A DNA stretch of 64,000 bases from an uncultured Gemmatimonadales bacterium (GCA_963798845.1 CAWCUS010000002.1:128001-192000); one strand, 5' to 3'; numbered from the stretch's first letter, positions 10,201 to 19,285 are shown. The notes: a model not told the origin generated them from the sequence alone. A program made the numbers and translations.

Positions 10201-10407
10201 TGGGTCGCCCGGGATGCCCGCCACGCGTGTCAGGCGCCCGCCCGCGAACGGGCCCAGGAGCCGGTACTCCAGCCCGGCGAAAGCAGCTGGCTGCGCGAGC
10301 GCGGAGGGCGCGCTCCGCTGCTGCGCCGTGGCGGTGGCCGCCGTGAGGGCGAGGAGAAGGGCCGAGACGGGCAACGGCAGAGGCCGGCCTCGAGGCGAGA
10401 GCCGCAT
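7225..10407 (-). CDS. Secreted BNR/Asp-box (VPS10/sortilin-like) glycosyl hydrolase family protein
   Basis: Signal peptide; repeated S.DGG.TW Asp-boxes; GGRLT.VAG, RFQWTAPI motifs. Start ATG 10407 with GGAG upstream. Confidence 0.88.
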   Translation of the reverse strand: MRLSPRGRPLPLPVSALLLALTAATATAQQRSAPSALAQPAAFAGLEYRLLGPFAGGRLTRVAGIPGDPFTYYIAASSGGVWKSVDGGHEWKPIFDDQPTSSIGAIAVAPSDPNVVYVGAGEANVRGNTAPGDGIYRSLDAGRTWEHVWKQEGQIGQVAVDPRDARVAFAAVLGHAFGPNPERGVYRTTDGGTSWVQVLKKDASTGASAVALDPSNPNVVFAGLWQMRRTPWSMTSGGPGSGLYVSRDGGDSWTQLTGHGLPGGTWGKVGVAVAPSDGNRVYAIIEADDGGLFRSDDGGDTWDRVNDSHMLTQRAWYYATLTIDPTNPDRVWFPQVPLVRTIDGGKTVEIVDAPHGDHHDVWIDPENAKRMIDGHDGGVAISTDGGETWMSPPLPLGQFYHIATDSRNPYRVQGAMQDLGTAQAPNNTLRAGGITDADWRDVGGGEAGFVVSDPQDPDVVYAGEYLGIITRHDERTGESRNVSAYPENPSGHGDVDADYRFQWTAPIAASPNEPGVIYHGAQVLFRSADGGQTWTRISPDLTRNDTTKQRWTGGPITGDNTGVEYYSTIFAIAESPMEQGLIWVGSDDGLVHVTRDGGQHWTDVTKGMKGIPEWGTIDMIEPSPFDAATAYVVVDAHRLDDMTPYLFRTTDYGKSWQRMDAGLPRHTYLHAVRADPEKPGQLYVGTEHGVAMSPDDGETWVGLDLNLPTVAVHDLAVKDNDLVLGTHGRGVWILDDLTPLRQWGDAIAAKPLALFPPVTTTAWRYRYTWADGPTGANPPAGAIVNYWLRAKPAGELKLEVLDSAGAVIRTLSSVAKPLDHYSEYEKQPEPELSADSAEVQRAVWDLRLEGAKRIPGAMIDTGDPADAPSAPSGRYTLRLSADGDTATAPLVVVPDPRLRVPDEDRAAQLAFALELRSALNRLADGVARLRSVRGQLVARDSALADRPDAAELRARSESLVAKLDSLARRMYSPEAEVTYDILAKGSRFYSRLTPLYMWAAEGDGAPTQGMREVWAAQEEELQGYLDELDSLLATDLAEINTMADRLGIPYVVTTASKPVT

Positions 10408-10628
10408 CGATGTCTCCGGGTAGAGTGGGGTGTGGGAAGCCGCCGGCACGGACCGGCGGGAGAGGGAAGATACGGGCTGGAGCGCGCGCGGTACAGTCGA
10501 GAGCGCCGCGCTGGCCTTCTGAGCCGTACACCCCGTGGCAGGATGCGTCCGCCCGCCCGACACGCGCGCCGGCAGCGCATCCGAGCACCCGGTTGCGCAC
10601 CCGGGGCGGAGGGTGACAGAGTGGGCCC

Positions 10629-11390
10629 ATGCGTAGCGTCATCTCCTGGGTGATCTGGGGCGGCATCGGCCTGGTGGCCCTCCTCTGGCTGCCGCTGCTG
10701 GCGGTGATCTTCGCGGTCACCGCCCCGTTCGACCCTGGCCGCTATACCGTGGGGCGCTGGTTCCGCCGGGCAGGCGTGGCTGCCGTCCGGCTCATCCCGT
10801 TCTGGCACTTCGAGACTCGCGGCGTGGACATTCGCGACCCGCGGCGACCTTACGTCGCGGTGGCGAACCACGAATCCTACGCCGACGTATTTCTCATCTC
10901 CCACCTGCCCTGGGAGATGAAGTGGCTGTCGAAGGAGGCGATCTTCCGCATCCCGGTCATGGGGTGGATGATGCGGATGGCCGGCGACATCCCGGTGGAG
11001 CGGGGCAGCCTGCGGAGCCGCGCGGGAGCGCTGGAGCAGATCGGCGACCGGCTCGACAAGCGCGTCTCCGTCATGGTGCTGCCCGAGGGCACCCGCTCCC
11101 GCACGGGCGCGCTGCTCCCCTTCCACGACGGCGCCTTCCGGGTGGCCGTGGACAGGCAGGTTCCGATCCTCCCGATCGCCGTGGCCGGGACGCGCGACGC
11201 CATGGCCAAGCACTCCATGCGCTTCAACCGCGCCCGCGCCATCGTCCGGGTGCTGGAGCCGGTCCCCACGGCGGGTCTGGGGCCGGCCGACGTGGGGCAG
11301 CTCCGCGACCACGTCCGCGACCTCATCGACAGGGCGCGACGCGAGCTCCGCGACGAGCTGATGGGGGCCGACTCGGGGCCATCGGCGTGA
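10629..11390 (+). CDS. plsC: 1-acyl-sn-glycerol-3-phosphate acyltransferase
   Basis: NHESYAD (HX4D) and PEGTRS motifs. Confidence 0.88.
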   Translation: MRSVISWVIWGGIGLVALLWLPLLAVIFAVTAPFDPGRYTVGRWFRRAGVAAVRLIPFWHFETRGVDIRDPRRPYVAVANHESYADVFLISHLPWEMKWLSKEAIFRIPVMGWMMRMAGDIPVERGSLRSRAGALEQIGDRLDKRVSVMVLPEGTRSRTGALLPFHDGAFRVAVDRQVPILPIAVAGTRDAMAKHSMRFNRARAIVRVLEPVPTAGLGPADVGQLRDHVRDLIDRARRELRDELMGADSGPSA

Positions 11391-11498
11391 TGGCCCCGTC
11401 GCCCCGGTCCTGGACCGGCGCAACGCCCCCCTGTCGCCAGGCCGGGGAACCAGTGCACATTAGAAGAACAGGCCGCTCTCCCCGCACCCTGCCCACAC

Positions 11499-13373
11499 AT
11501 GCAGGATCTCACTGAACGCCTCCTCGCCCTGGCGAGGGAGCTCCGCCGTCGCCGTGTCCTGCACACCGCGGGTATCTACCTCGTGGCGGCGTGGGCGGCC
11601 GTGGAGGTCACGTCCACGGTCTTCCCGCTCCTCTTCCTGCCGGACTGGGCCGCGCGCGCCGTGGTCGTGGCCGCGTTCCTCGGTCTCCCCGTGGTGCTGG
11701 TGCTGGCGTGGGCCTTCGATGTCACGCCCGAGGGGGTGCAGCGCGCGGAATCGGCGCCCGGTCGGAAAGTCCCCGTGGAGGCGAGAGTCGCGTTGGTCGC
11801 CGTCACTGTCGTGGTGACGGGGCTGGCCGGGTGGGGAGCGCGGGGATTCTGGCTGCGGGAGCCGGCCGACTCGACGGCGTCACTGGACCCGGCGCGCGTC
11901 GCCGTCCTCTACTTCGATGATTTCTCGGAAGGCCACCAGCTCGGGTACGTGGCGGATGGCCTGACGGAGGCGCTGATCCACGAGCTGGCGCAGATCGGGC
12001 CGCTCGAGGTGGTGTCGCGCAACGGCGTGAAGCCGTTCCGCAACCACTCGGTCCCCGAGGATAGCCTGGCCCTCCTGCTGAACGCGGGGACGATCGTGGA
12101 GGGGAGCGTGGAGTCGGACGGCGACCAGCTGCGCGCCACGGTGCAGATGATCGATGCCCGGACTGGGGTGCACACGTTGAGCGTGCGCCTTCAGCGCAGC
12201 GGGGACGACGTGCTGGAGCTGCGCGACGAGATCGTCCGGGAAGCGGCGAGGCGGCTCGGCCAGACGCTGGGGCGTGAGCTGGAGCTGGCCCGCGTCGGGC
12301 ACGGCCCGCACAGCGGCACGGCGTGGTCCGCGGTCCAGCAGGCGCACGCCCTCATGGACCAGGCGGACACGCTGGCGTGGACACTGGGCGATCAGCCCGG
12401 CGCGCTCGCGACCCTCGGCCGGGCCGACTCGCTTTTCGCCATCGCCATGCGCCACGACCCGCGCTGGATCGAGCCGTTGATCGGGCGGGCGGCCGTACGG
12501 CTCGTGCGCACCGTGATCATTACCGGCGCGGTTCGGGCGGAGCTCCCGGACAGTGCGGCGGAGCCGCTGCGGCAGGGACTTCTGTTCGTGAACCAGGCGC
12601 TTCAGATGGAGCCGCGCAGCTCGGAGGCGCTGTCGTGGCGAGGAAGGTTGCGCTACCGGCTGAGCTGGATCGGCGGCGACGCCGCGCCGAGCCTCGTGGA
12701 GGAGGCCGAGTCGGATTACCGCCAGGCGGTGGCCGTGGACTCCAGCAACGCCGAAGCGTGGGTCGGGCTGGCCGAAGCGCTCCGGTCGCGCGGCGAGTTC
12801 GGGGAGGCGGCGCTGGCCGCTGACCGTGCGCTGGCGGCGGACCCGTTCCTGATCCACGCGGAGAAGGACATCCTGTTCACGCTCTCGCACGTCTGGCTGG
12901 AGCTGGAGCGTTTCGACCGCGCGGCCGAGTTCGCAGCGGAGGGGCGTAGGCGCTACCCGGCCGAGCCCATGTTCGCCGCGGAGCTGCTGGTGCTCTCCGC
13001 CGGCTGGGCGGGCCCGCACATCCCGGTCGACTCGGCCTGGGCGCTGGTGCACGCGGTGGAGAACGGGTTCAGCATGACGTTCTGGCCCCACGGCCACCTC
13101 CAGGTGGCCGCCGTCCTGGCCCGGGCCGGACAGCCGGACAGCGCTCTGGCCGTGGTGGCCAGGGTCAAGTCCGGGGAGCCCAGCCCGTGGCTGGACTATT
13201 TCGAGGCCAACGTACGACTCCAGCTCGGGGAGCCCGGGGAGGCCATCGATCGCCTGGCCGACTTCGTCCGGGCCGTGCCCCACCGCAGGGACTACATCGC
13301 GCAGGACTGGTGGTGGCGACCGCTGGCCGACTCCACCCGGTTCAAGGAGCTGGTGGCGGACTCCACCGAGTAG
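11499..13373 (+). CDS. Membrane-anchored TolB-like/TPR protein (no catalytic domain evident)
   Basis: ELRRRRV..YLVAAW..VEV N-terminal TM domain; VAVLYF..ADGLTEALI..L..I..L.VVSR TolB-like domain; TPRs. Confidence 0.8.
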   Translation: MQDLTERLLALARELRRRRVLHTAGIYLVAAWAAVEVTSTVFPLLFLPDWAARAVVVAAFLGLPVVLVLAWAFDVTPEGVQRAESAPGRKVPVEARVALVAVTVVVTGLAGWGARGFWLREPADSTASLDPARVAVLYFDDFSEGHQLGYVADGLTEALIHELAQIGPLEVVSRNGVKPFRNHSVPEDSLALLLNAGTIVEGSVESDGDQLRATVQMIDARTGVHTLSVRLQRSGDDVLELRDEIVREAARRLGQTLGRELELARVGHGPHSGTAWSAVQQAHALMDQADTLAWTLGDQPGALATLGRADSLFAIAMRHDPRWIEPLIGRAAVRLVRTVIITGAVRAELPDSAAEPLRQGLLFVNQALQMEPRSSEALSWRGRLRYRLSWIGGDAAPSLVEEAESDYRQAVAVDSSNAEAWVGLAEALRSRGEFGEAALAADRALAADPFLIHAEKDILFTLSHVWLELERFDRAAEFAAEGRRRYPAEPMFAAELLVLSAGWAGPHIPVDSAWALVHAVENGFSMTFWPHGHLQVAAVLARAGQPDSALAVVARVKSGEPSPWLDYFEANVRLQLGEPGEAIDRLADFVRAVPHRRDYIAQDWWWRPLADSTRFKELVADSTE

Positions 13374-13388
13374 GGCGTTCCAGGCCGA

Positions 13389-13799
13389 TCAGTGCTTCCC
13401 GACGATGATCTCCGGGTCCAATACCCGGACGTTCGCGCCGTCCCACACGCCGACCGAGTACTTGTAGCTCCCTTGCGGGGCGTTCGCATGCACCGCGGCC
13501 CGGAACGGGCGGTTCTTCTGCCCGTGCATGGCCTGTGGCGGGAGCGTGGGGCCGAACAGGTCGGCGTGCCGCTGCACCGCCAACCCGAAATCCAGGTCGC
13601 TGGCCCACTCGATCCGGGTGCCGGGGGTGACGTGAACCTGCATCGAGTCCACGACGACGGCCCCCGCGCTGTCCAGCGAGATCGTGATCGTGACGGGCCG
13701 CTGCACCCGATTCGCCGGAGCTGCCGCCGCGAGGGTCAGGAGCGCGGCAACGGCGAACAGGGAGGCGACGCGGATCCGGGGAGAAGTGAGACGCGACAT
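13389..13799 (-). CDS. Small secreted cupredoxin-like protein with C-terminal YKY...DP motif
   Basis: Signal peptide; V.V.PG.RIEW and G.YKYSV...LDPEII patterns; GAGG upstream of ATG 13799. Confidence 0.65.
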   Translation of the reverse strand: MSRLTSPRIRVASLFAVAALLTLAAAAPANRVQRPVTITISLDSAGAVVVDSMQVHVTPGTRIEWASDLDFGLAVQRHADLFGPTLPPQAMHGQKNRPFRAAVHANAPQGSYKYSVGVWDGANVRVLDPEIIVGKH

Positions 13800-14181
13800 G
13801 TGTCTTTCCTCACGGGGGTGGGGGCTCGTCCCCGGGCACCGATCGCCCGGGCGCCACAGGCAGTGGCGCGTACATAGTACCTGAGGTGCTGCCGCGCAGA
13901 AAGGATCTCGTTGGCACGATGCCGCTCCCTTGACGCGCTCCACCGGCCGGCCGACTTTGAACCCGAACGCCGGGACGTCGCCCCCTACCCACGGCTCCGG
14001 CGGGCAGCATGGCTTCGCCGGAGGCTACCCTCATGCGTTCGCTGCCACACCGCAGACCGTCACGCGGTCTCGGCCCCCGTGCGTTCCGACGAGGCCGCGA
14101 GACCGGTGCGCCCCGAGCGTTCCGCGCACTCCCTGACGCTCGCGGTCCGATCCTCGCCCACGTCCCACGGCTGGAGGTCCC

Positions 14182-15228
14182 ATGGCAGGCATAGTCGGCT
14201 ACGGCGCGTACATCCCCCGCAACCGGATCCGGGCGGAGGAGATCGCGCACCAGTGGGGAAAGGACGCCGAGTCGATCCGCGCCGGGCTGCTGCTCCAGGA
14301 GAAGTCGGTACCCGGCCTGGACGAGGACACGATCACGATCTCCGTGGCGGCCGGGCGCGCCGCGCTGGCGAGGGCGGGCGTCGACCCGCAGAAGGTCGGG
14401 GCACTGTACATCGGCTCGGAAAGCCACCCGTACGCGGTGAAGCCGAGCGGCACGGTGGTCTCGGAGGCGCTGGGGATCGGGCCGCATGTGCACGTGGCGG
14501 ACTTCGAGTTCGCTTGCAAGGCCGGAACGGAGGCGATGTTCGTGGCGCTGGGGCTGGTGGAGTCCGGCCGCGTGGAATACGCCATGGGGATCGGGGCGGA
14601 CACGTCGCAGGGGGCGCCGAGCGACGCGCTGGAGTACTCCGCGTCCGCGGGAGGGAGCGCGTACATCTTCGGCAAGGACAATGTCATGGCCGACGTGGTG
14701 GACGCGGTCAGCTACACCACGGACACGCCGGACTTCTGGCGTCGGGAGGGTGAGTTCTACCCCCGCCACGGCGGACGCTTCACGGGCGAGCCCGCGTACT
14801 TCAAGCACGTGCTGAGCGCCACGAAGCTGATCCTGGAGCGCACTGGGCTGAAGCCGGCCGATTTCCGCTATGCGGTCCTCCACATGCCGAACGGCAAGTT
14901 CCCGCTGAGCGCGGGGAAACAGCTCGGCTTCACGCGCGAGCAGCTCGAGCCGGGGTGGATCGTGCCCACCATGGGCAACACGTATTCCGGCAGCTCGCCC
15001 ACCGGCCTGGCGGCGACGCTGGACATCGTGGAGCCGGACCGGCTCATCCTCATCACCTCGTTCGGGTCCGGCGCGGGCAGCGATTCGTTCGTGCTGCGCA
15101 CCACCGACGCCCTGGTGGAACGGCGCGGCCGTGCGCCTTCCGTGCGCTCGATGCTGGACGGTCCTCGGCGGTACCTGACCTACGGGGAGTACGTGAAGCT
15201 GCGCGAGAAGATCCGGATGAACGACTGA
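14182..15228 (+). CDS. Hydroxymethylglutaryl-CoA synthase, archaeal type
   Basis: GIVGYGAYIPR.RI, GSESHPYAVKP (Glu), EFACKAGT (Cys), HMPNGKF (His), GNTYSG, SFGSGAGSD; GGAGG RBS. Confidence 0.9.
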   Translation: MAGIVGYGAYIPRNRIRAEEIAHQWGKDAESIRAGLLLQEKSVPGLDEDTITISVAAGRAALARAGVDPQKVGALYIGSESHPYAVKPSGTVVSEALGIGPHVHVADFEFACKAGTEAMFVALGLVESGRVEYAMGIGADTSQGAPSDALEYSASAGGSAYIFGKDNVMADVVDAVSYTTDTPDFWRREGEFYPRHGGRFTGEPAYFKHVLSATKLILERTGLKPADFRYAVLHMPNGKFPLSAGKQLGFTREQLEPGWIVPTMGNTYSGSSPTGLAATLDIVEPDRLILITSFGSGAGSDSFVLRTTDALVERRGRAPSVRSMLDGPRRYLTYGEYVKLREKIRMND

Positions 15229-15305
15229 CCGCGCGGCAGGCGCGGGGGGCGGGGGGCGGACCTGGGCCGGCGCGAGCCGGCAGGCGGAGAACCCGAGGAG
15301 GTTGC

Positions 15306-16454
15306 ATGCGCGACGTCGCCATTGTGAGTGCCGGGATGACCAGCTTCGGCGAGCTCTGGGATTCGAGCTTGCGCCAGAATGTTCGCGGAGGCCGCGCTGG
15401 AAGCGCTGCGCGGCGCGGGCGTGGACCACCTGGACGCGATCTACGTGGGGAACATGGCCGGGGGCCAGTTCGTGGGGCAGGAGCACCTCGGCCCGATTGC
15501 CGCGGACCAGCTGGGGATGGCCGGCGTGCCCGTGACGCGGGTGGAGTCGGCCTGCGCGTCGGGGGGATGGCGCTGCGGGCGGCGTGGATCGAAGTCGCCT
15601 CGGGGCTGAGCGACGTCGTGCTGGCCGCGGGCGTCGAGAAGATGACCAATGGCGCCGACGCCACCAACGTCCTGGCCACGGCGGCGGACCAGGAGCTGGA
15701 AGCGTATCACGGGATCACGTTCCCCGGGCTCTACGCCATGATCGCGCGGGCCCACATGGCTACGCGTGGAACCACGCTGGAGGACATGGCGTGGGTTTCA
15801 GTGAAGAACCACCGGCACGGTGCGCTCAACCCGCGTGCGCAGTACCGGCGCGAGATCACCGTGGAGGACGTCATGGGCTCGTCCCTGGTGGCCGAGCCGT
15901 TGCGGCTGCTCAACTGCTCGCCCGTGAGCGACGGGGCGGCGGCGGTGCTCGTGGTGCCGCTCGAGCGGGCGAAGGAGTTCACCGACCGGCCGGTGGCGAT
16001 CCGCGGGAGCGGGGCCGCCACGGCGCCGCCCGCGCTGGCGGACCGCGAGGACCCGTCGGTGCTCACGGCGGTGAGGCTGTCGGCGGAGCGCGCGTACGCC
16101 ATGGCCGGCATCAAGCCGTCGAACGTGGACGTGGCCGAGGTCCACGACTGCTTCTCCATCGCCGAGATCTGCTGCATCGAGGCCATGGGCCTCACCGACG
16201 GCTGCAACCCGGCGCAGGCGGCGAAGAGCGGCTTCACGGCGCTGGGCGGACGCCGCCCGGTGAACACGAGCGGCGGACTGAAGGCGAAGGGTCACCCCGT
16301 AGGCGCCACGGGGGTGGCGCAGGCGATCGAGATCTTCGAGCAGCTGCGGGGGGAGGCGGGCAACCGCCAGGTGGAGAATGCACACATCGGCGTCGCGCAG
16401 AACATGGGCGGCTCCGGTGGCAGCTCCGTGGTCCACGTTTTCGAGAGGGTGTGA
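15306..16454 (+). CDS. Acetyl-CoA acetyltransferase (archaeal/SCP2-type thiolase); two compensating frameshifts (~15379 and ~15566)
   Basis: VESACASGG (alternate frame, 15379-15566), GVEKM, KNH.HG..NP.AQ, CSPVSDGAAA, EVHDCF, SGGLKAKGHPVGATG, NMGG. Confidence 0.88.
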   Translation: MRDVAIVSAGMTSFGELWDSSLRQNVRGGRAGSAARRGRGPPGRDLRGEHGRGPVRGAGAPRPDCRGPAGDGRRARDAGGVGLRVGGMALRAAWIEVASGLSDVVLAAGVEKMTNGADATNVLATAADQELEAYHGITFPGLYAMIARAHMATRGTTLEDMAWVSVKNHRHGALNPRAQYRREITVEDVMGSSLVAEPLRLLNCSPVSDGAAAVLVVPLERAKEFTDRPVAIRGSGAATAPPALADREDPSVLTAVRLSAERAYAMAGIKPSNVDVAEVHDCFSIAEICCIEAMGLTDGCNPAQAAKSGFTALGGRRPVNTSGGLKAKGHPVGATGVAQAIEIFEQLRGEAGNRQVENAHIGVAQNMGGSGGSSVVHVFERV

Positions 16455-16456
16455 CA

Positions 16457-16858
16457 ATGCCGAGTCCCAGGTACTGGCGAGAGATCCCGGCCCGCTACCG
16501 GCTCGAGGGCAGCCGCTGCACCGCATGCGGCAAGGTGGTCTTTCCGAAGCGGCAGGTCTGTCCCGCGTGCAGGGGCGAGGAAATGGAAGAGCTGCGGCTC
16601 TCGGCGCGCGGACGCGTGGTCACCTCCACGGTGATCCACGTGGCGCCGGACGAGCTCACCCCCGAGGCGCCGTACGCCATGGCCATCATCGAGACTCCGG
16701 AAGGCGCGCGGTTGATGGCGCAGGTAGTGGACTGCGTCCCGGAGGAGATCCTCCCTGGCGTGGAGGTGGCGCTCGAGTTCCGCCGCATACGCGCGGAGGG
16801 ACACGGCGGCATCCTTTGCTACGGTCACAAGGCCGTGCCGGTCGGAGGCGCATCGTGA
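16457..16858 (+). CDS. DUF35 Zn-ribbon/OB-fold protein (thiolase/HMG-CoA synthase scaffold)
   Basis: PRYWR.IP.RYRLEGS.CTACG...FPKR.VCPAC (two CxxC); OB fold; FRRI..EG..G.L.YG.K. Confidence 0.9.
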   Translation: MPSPRYWREIPARYRLEGSRCTACGKVVFPKRQVCPACRGEEMEELRLSARGRVVTSTVIHVAPDELTPEAPYAMAIIETPEGARLMAQVVDCVPEEILPGVEVALEFRRIRAEGHGGILCYGHKAVPVGGAS

Positions 16859-17061
16859 ACGGCGTGGTGGAGGTCCCGGTCGTCGCCCGGGTCAGCGACG
16901 AGCACTACCGCGCCTATCAGGCCGAAGCCCGGCGCCGCGGCGTCCCGGTGGAGCAGCTGGTGGCGCACACCGTGAACTGCCTGCTCGAGGAGCTCGAGCG
17001 GGAAGAGAACGAGTGCCGCGACGTGCTTCGCCGGACGACCCCCGCCGGCGGCTCCGCGTAG
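16855..17061 (+). CDS. Small hypothetical protein, ribbon-helix-helix-like
   Basis: GTG start overlaps the DUF35 stop; GGAGG upstream; VVARVSDEHYRAYQAEARRRGVPVEQLV pattern. Confidence 0.55.
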   Translation: MNGVVEVPVVARVSDEHYRAYQAEARRRGVPVEQLVAHTVNCLLEELEREENECRDVLRRTTPAGGSA

Positions 17062-17340
17062 ACCCGGGCCCCGACCGCCGGGCTGTTCCTCGGTGACGTA
17101 GCCGGCTCCGCGACCAGGAAGACCTTCCTGTGCGCGGCGATGTACCGCGGCGCGTCGTCCACCGAGCCCTCCGAGATCTGCGACAGATCCCCTTCGTCGC
17201 GCAGCGTCGCTCCGCGGATCCGCTTCACGGCTACGGGGTCCATTCGCGGCCTCGTGCGGTTCGAGCGGCGAAGTCGGCACGGGACGGCTCGCCTGTTGCG
17301 TTCGTGAAGGTGGGAGCATCCACCAGACCGGAGGGGGCCG

Positions 17341-18402
17341 ATGTCGAGCGATCGGAAGAGTCAAAGCGAAGGCACGGAGCGCAGGAAGTGGGCCGGGGGA
17401 CGGGAGCGTTTCCGGGAGGCGGCGGAGCGCACGGCGGAGGCGCAGCGGCGGATCCAGGCCGAGCTGGAGCGGAGAGAGGCGGAGCGCGAGCGCGGGGGCT
17501 CCGATGGCGAGGGTGGTGATGCGACGGAGGCGGTGCAGGCGAGCGCTCGCGAAGAGCCGGAGTCGCCCGTCCCGGAGCAGCACCAGGCCAAGCCGGGGCG
17601 GGAGTCGGAGCTGGAGCCGGCGCCGCGCTTCGCGGGCCACGGGTACAGAGGGTCGGGGAAGCTCGAAGGGCGGGTGGCGCTGGTCACCGGCGGCGATAGC
17701 GGGATCGGCAGGTCGGTGGCGGTCCTGTTCGCCCGGGAAGGGGCGGACGTTGCAGTCGTCTACCTGAGCGAGCACGAGGACGCCGAGACCACGAAGCGCG
17801 CCGTGGAGGCGGAAGGGCAGCGCTGCATCACGCTCTCCGGCAATGTACGGGATTCCGCCTTCTGCGAGTTCGCCGTGGAGCGCACCGTTGAAGAGCTCGG
17901 CGGTCTGGACGTGCTGGTGAACAACGCGGCGTTCCAGGAGCACGCCAGGTCGCTCGAGGACCTCACGGATGACCACATCCGGATGACTCTGGAGACGAAC
18001 ATCCTGGGCTACATGGCCATGGCGAGGGCCGCGCTCCCTCACCTGGGCGAAGGAAGCGCCATCGTGAACACGGGGTCGGAGACGGGGCTGTTCGGGCAAC
18101 CGATGCTGCTGGACTACTCCGCGACGAAAGGGGCGATCCATGCCTTCACGCGCGCCCTCGCCCAGAACCTGGCCGACCGCGGGATCCGCGTGAACGCCAT
18201 CGCGCCCGGACCGGTGTGGACGCCCCTCAACCCGGCCGACCGGGCGGCAGAGGCAGTGCCGGAGTTCGGGAGCGACACGGCCATGCACCGGCCCGCCCAG
18301 CCGGAGGAGCTCGCGCCCGCGTACGTCTTCCTCGCCTCGCCCGTCACGGCCGGGTACATCACGGGCGCCGTGCTCCCGGTCATGGGCGGCGTAAAGGGGT
18401 AA
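17341..18402 (+). CDS. SDR family oxidoreductase (YhdF/YghA-like)
   Basis: Y.GSGKL.GRVALVTGGDSGIG, NNAAFQ, YSATK, PGPVWTP. Confidence 0.92.
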   Translation: MSSDRKSQSEGTERRKWAGGRERFREAAERTAEAQRRIQAELERREAERERGGSDGEGGDATEAVQASAREEPESPVPEQHQAKPGRESELEPAPRFAGHGYRGSGKLEGRVALVTGGDSGIGRSVAVLFAREGADVAVVYLSEHEDAETTKRAVEAEGQRCITLSGNVRDSAFCEFAVERTVEELGGLDVLVNNAAFQEHARSLEDLTDDHIRMTLETNILGYMAMARAALPHLGEGSAIVNTGSETGLFGQPMLLDYSATKGAIHAFTRALAQNLADRGIRVNAIAPGPVWTPLNPADRAAEAVPEFGSDTAMHRPAQPEELAPAYVFLASPVTAGYITGAVLPVMGGVKG

Positions 18403-18436
18403 CGATCGCGACGCCGCGTCTCGAACCGTCGAGCCG

Positions 18437-19267
18437 ATGAGAGAACGACGCAGCATATCCCGCCCCGCGCTGGCCGTCGTTCTCGCCCTGTGCGTGCTCC
18501 CCGGCGCGGCAGGTGCGCAGGGGAGTCAGGCCGGGGACGCCGGGCCGCGCCCGCTCTTCGACCAGCGCGACGCCTGGATCGCAGCCGCCTACGTGGGCGG
18601 CGCCGCCCTGTCCTTCCCCTTCGACGAGCGCGTGGCCATGGCCATCCGCGATTCCGTGTTCCAGGAGTCGCGTGGACTCAAGCCGGCGGCGCGCGCGTTC
18701 AACTTCCTGGGATTTCCAGGCTCGCTGCTGATAAGCGCCGTGGTCTACGGCGGCGGGCTCGCCGCGGGAAGCCACGACGTGAGCGGCATGGGTCTGCACA
18801 TGGGCGAGGCCATCATGATGGCGGAAGGATTCACGTATGCCATCAAGACGCTGGCGGGGCGCGCTCGTCCCGCCCTGGACATCCACGCCCCATTCAACTT
18901 CCGCCTCGCGCGCGGCATCCGGGGGAGTCCGTACCAGTCCTTCCCATCCGGGCATTCCACCGCCGCGTTCGCCACCGCGGCGGCGGCCGCCCACGAGCTG
19001 CGGAACGTCTGGCCCGGGCACGACATCCTGGTGGGCATGGTGACGTACGGAGCCGCCACGATGGTGGGGCTGAGCCGGATGTTCGACAATCGCCACTGGA
19101 CCAGCGACGTGGTGTTCGGCGCCGCCATCGGCGCGTTCAGCGGATGGAAGGTCGTACGCTACAACGACGAGCACCCGGGCAACCGGCTGAACCAATGGCT
19201 GCTGGTGGGCTCGTTCGTGCCCGGCCGCGGCGGTGGCTTGGCCGTCGGCCTGCTGCCCGCCATGTGA
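18437..19267 (+). CDS. PAP2 family phosphatase
   Basis: K.LAGR.RP, SFPSGHS, SRM..NRHW.SDV motifs. Confidence 0.88.
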   Translation: MRERRSISRPALAVVLALCVLPGAAGAQGSQAGDAGPRPLFDQRDAWIAAAYVGGAALSFPFDERVAMAIRDSVFQESRGLKPAARAFNFLGFPGSLLISAVVYGGGLAAGSHDVSGMGLHMGEAIMMAEGFTYAIKTLAGRARPALDIHAPFNFRLARGIRGSPYQSFPSGHSTAAFATAAAAAHELRNVWPGHDILVGMVTYGAATMVGLSRMFDNRHWTSDVVFGAAIGAFSGWKVVRYNDEHPGNRLNQWLLVGSFVPGRGGGLAVGLLPAM

Positions 19268-19285
19268 TGGCCAGGCGCGCCGGGC

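Noticed and set aside
14182..16858. PhlABC/phloroglucinol acetyltransferase cluster
   Set aside because: The HMGS-like protein keeps catalytic Cys/Glu/His and no type III PKS (phlD) is nearby. Kept only as a distant alternative.
16917..17243. 108-aa minus-strand ORF
   Set aside because: No recognisable family, and it overlaps the better-supported plus-strand ORF 16855..17061.
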